A stretch of 62,340 nucleotides of DNA, the filler included, from Nemertoderma westbladi (taxonomy: Eukaryota; Animalia; Xenacoelomorpha): the NCBI GenBank assembly GCA_032718475.1. It is 4 parts of 4 records of this genome, joined end to end, with 100 filler letters (N's around TTAATTAATTAA, not from the genome) between each part and the next. Parts side by side here need not be neighbours in the genome. Positions count along the whole stretch, not along the records: positions 56,554 to 62,340 come from JAUCBJ010004776.1; 3 more parts are not named here. One strand, given 5' to 3'. The translations under genes were made by a program, and so were the position numbers. The first letter of the stretch is position 1. Every line of letters starts with the position of its first letter. Of the stretch, positions 59,345 through 62,340 are shown piece after piece. A model generated the notes under the pieces. That model saw nothing but the letters and a program-made list of their open reading frames with translations. It had not been told where the DNA came from and searched no databases.

Positions 59345-60815
59345 TCATCATCATCATCATAATGTTTTTTATGTACCCACAATAGCCGCTTGAGGTCTGA
59401 TGACCTCATTTACAAGCGGGTTGTGGTAAGGCATGTATAACATTAGAGTGATATACAGAAGTACAATTTTTACCGGTAAATTAAGTAAAATAAACAAAAA
59501 GTTTAAGAGTTAGATCCGTAATGTAAAATCTGGATTTTTCTATTCGTTGAATCGTTATATCGTCATATTTTCTTCGAGCCATTTTTTGCAGTTAACTGCA
59601 AACGACTTCAGTGAACGAGATTCGACCAGTGTGTTAGGAATTTTGTTCCATAACACGCTGGCAGAGTAACTGAAGGTCTTCTGAGTGGCGCTGAGGTGGG
59701 TTTGTGGCAAGATAACGCGATGTGTGGTGGCGTGGCGGGTTGGGTAATTGTGAGATTCCGAAGCGAGTTGGAACGATTTAATTAGATAATTCGGCGCAGT
59801 TTTGTTAACAATTCGATATGCTAGTTTCAACTGGTTGAGCATCACCATTTTCCTTACGGAAAGCCATTTTACCGATGCCAACTCTTGATTTCCGATGTGT
59901 GACAACCTGTAATTTCTCTCGCCGTTTATCCATCGAATTTTCTGGTGGTTAAATATCATTCGAACTAACGAGTTCTGGTGAGATTGGAGTTTACTCTTAA
60001 ATTTCTGCTGACAGAAATTATAGTAGCAAACATTGGCATAGTTAAAGTACGGCAGAGCGAGAGCCGTTGCGAGATTCTTCGCAGTACGAGTTGAGAAACA
60101 TCTCCGTTGTTTCCATAGAAACCCGACTGTTTGTGATATTTTTCCCATAATCGCCCTGCCGTGCTCCTCAAATTTAAGCTGCTCATCTATTATTACTCCG
60201 AGATATTTCACCTTCTTCGATTTCTCTACTCCTGAAACATTGTACTTCTCATCGATTTTCTGCATCATCATTGGAGTTCCAAAAAACAACAATTTGCATT
60301 TATCTGGGTGCACTGTCAGTTTATTATCGATAAACCATTGAGACAGCGCAGCAAATTGTGATTCCATATTGCACTTCAGTTCGTTGATGTCCTTCGAGCA
60401 ACACTGTAGCGTTGTATCATCTGCAAAAAGCTTGATGCTAGCTATAGTGGTGTCTATGGAGCATCCAATGTCGTTAATAAATATGGAGTATAGGATCGGT
60501 CCTAAAATTGATCCCTGGGGTACTCCATATGAGACAACCTCCTCATCACTAGTCTCCCCTTTGATACTGACACACATTGTTCGATTGGATAAGTAGCTCC
60601 GGAACCATTCGACACTCTCATTGGATAAACCAATAGCTGACAGCTTCCGAAGCAGTAGACTGTGCTCTACACAATCGAACGCCTTTTTGACGTCGAGGAA
60701 CAGCATTCCTGTGTAGACATGTTTATCTTTACTAAACTGAATCGAATCGCACGTATCTACTAGAGTTGTTTCGGTAGAAAAGTTTTTTCTAAATCCACTC
60801 TGGAAGTCAACGATG
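59345..60815 (-). mobile_element. 5'-truncated CR1/L2-group LINE (ORF ends 59555)
   Basis: FQSGFRK, FLDVKKAFDCV, GVPQGSILGPILYSIFINDI, LFADD, VKYLGV, WNKIP; 3' UTR stem-loop at 59386-59419 and (TGA)n tail at ~59345-59360. Confidence 0.92.
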
Positions 60816-62340
60816 ATGTGCCGTAAGTTGCAAAGACTCAATAATAATTAGTCAACAATCATTGGTTTACCCGACTTTATTAATAATTAACACACCGTGT
60901 GATTCTATTACAAACAGAGATATATTGAAGGTCAACCAGGATTCGCCTTAGTTTAGCTTATCTGGTAGGAATGATACCAATTATATTGCAAGATAGATAA
61001 AAATAAAAATATACAGTACTCGGCAATCCAATAACCAGTATTGCCAGTAATCATTATTCACATGTCTGAATGTCTTATATATTGACAGAAGACTGAATCA
61101 CTGCTACTGATTTAGGATTATAATTAATTACCCACGTCAGTAGTGCAGCTCTGTACCAGTAGTCAGGTTACTGCTTTTCAGTTTAATATTGCAGCATCCT
61201 AACTACAGTTATTAATAGGTACGCAGAGCTAAAATATTATTAAGGCAGTATTGTCCGCAGTATACCAAGATAATAAGACTTGGTATATCAGCACCCATCC
61301 GCCCATCCATAATACAGGGCTAAAAACCTGTGGGTTCGCAATACTCTTTTTTACCAAATGTGTTTATATTCATGTATATATTCAATATTCAAACGAAATA
61401 TCAGAATGTCAGAATGTAGGAACGCCTGATAGGCTATTACGGGCTAATTGTACTGTTGTGCTATTACTGCTCCAGGGAAAGTAAGACTGTCATACCGGTA
61501 CGGATTCAGAAATATATAGATGTTGAAAGTTTTTTATATTCTTTATTGTTTCTCAATCAGTCAATACCTAGAATTACATTCCCTTACGCCTTACTTCCAT
61601 ATCTTGAATATATGCCGATCGGTCAACCTTTACTGCGGAATTGATGAACGTTAATACTGTAAATTCCTGTAAAACTTACAAATTCTCGTTCAACCAGGTC
61701 GCGAACCCCCTTAGCCTGTAGGTAAACACCGCTAAGTTAAAACCTGGTGGTTTTCTCTCAATATCCGGAACAGTAAAAAAGAGTATTGAATCTCAATTAA
61801 TTCCGAAATTAATCAGCTGATCAGTAAATATCGGTACTGCTGTACTGGCAGACAGGCAGACTGGTAATAATCATACCTTTTCTGCTTATATCTGTTTATC
61901 GGTACCGGTACCTACCTACCTTTCTGCCGGTACCCTGGTACCTGTCTAAGTCTAACAGTTACCGGTAGGGCGTAGCCTGCATATATTTAAATTTAAATTG
62001 TAGGTCAATGGTTAAAACTGCTGAAACGTTTGGTTTTATTAAAGGTTCAGGTTGTATTGCATAATTACCGGTATTAATTTTTCAGTCAGTCTGCACCTGC
62101 ACATTACGGATTAGCTAATTATCCAGTAGGTAGGCCCTACTGCCCTAGGCTGCTAGGTCTAAAATTGCAGTAAGTTTGGATCATCTGATCATCATACTGA
62201 ACTGTCATATTGTCACTGACTGACAGAGCCTACCGGTATTTAATTTATACTGACAATTAACTAGCTAACCTAGTCCTGTCTGCCTGTAGTCACCTTTCAG
62301 ACTTTGTAACTGTAGGATTAATACAGTAATAGAAGTCGCC

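Noticed and set aside
59386-59419. CTGATGA core as a hammerhead
   Set aside because: No GAAA partner; it is simply the LINE 3' UTR stem-loop.

Overview
Eukaryotic, repeat-rich window, most likely from an invertebrate animal. It consists of four segments joined by artificial 100-nt spacers (44 N + TTAATTAATTAA + 44 N). Only two host genes are recognisable, CRIPT and JMJD7, and both have intronless coding regions. The rest is mostly repeats: a ~9.5 kb 53-bp satellite array carrying a LINE insertion with a probable 50-bp target duplication, CR1/L2-group and RTE LINE fragments, a near-complete Penelope-like element (RT + GIY-YIG) with pseudo-LTRs and a minimal hammerhead ribozyme in each, MITEs and minisatellites. 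The most striking feature is an ~11 kb minus-strand BEL/Pao-derived element (22361-33453) nested in a decayed Ty3/gypsy integrase. Its gag-protease is broken and RT/RNase H are absent. In the env-like position it keeps an intact ~825-aa ORF that combines a DEDDy-type 3'-5' exonuclease domain with three CCHC zinc knuckles. All calls come from motif recognition by eye; no searches were run.
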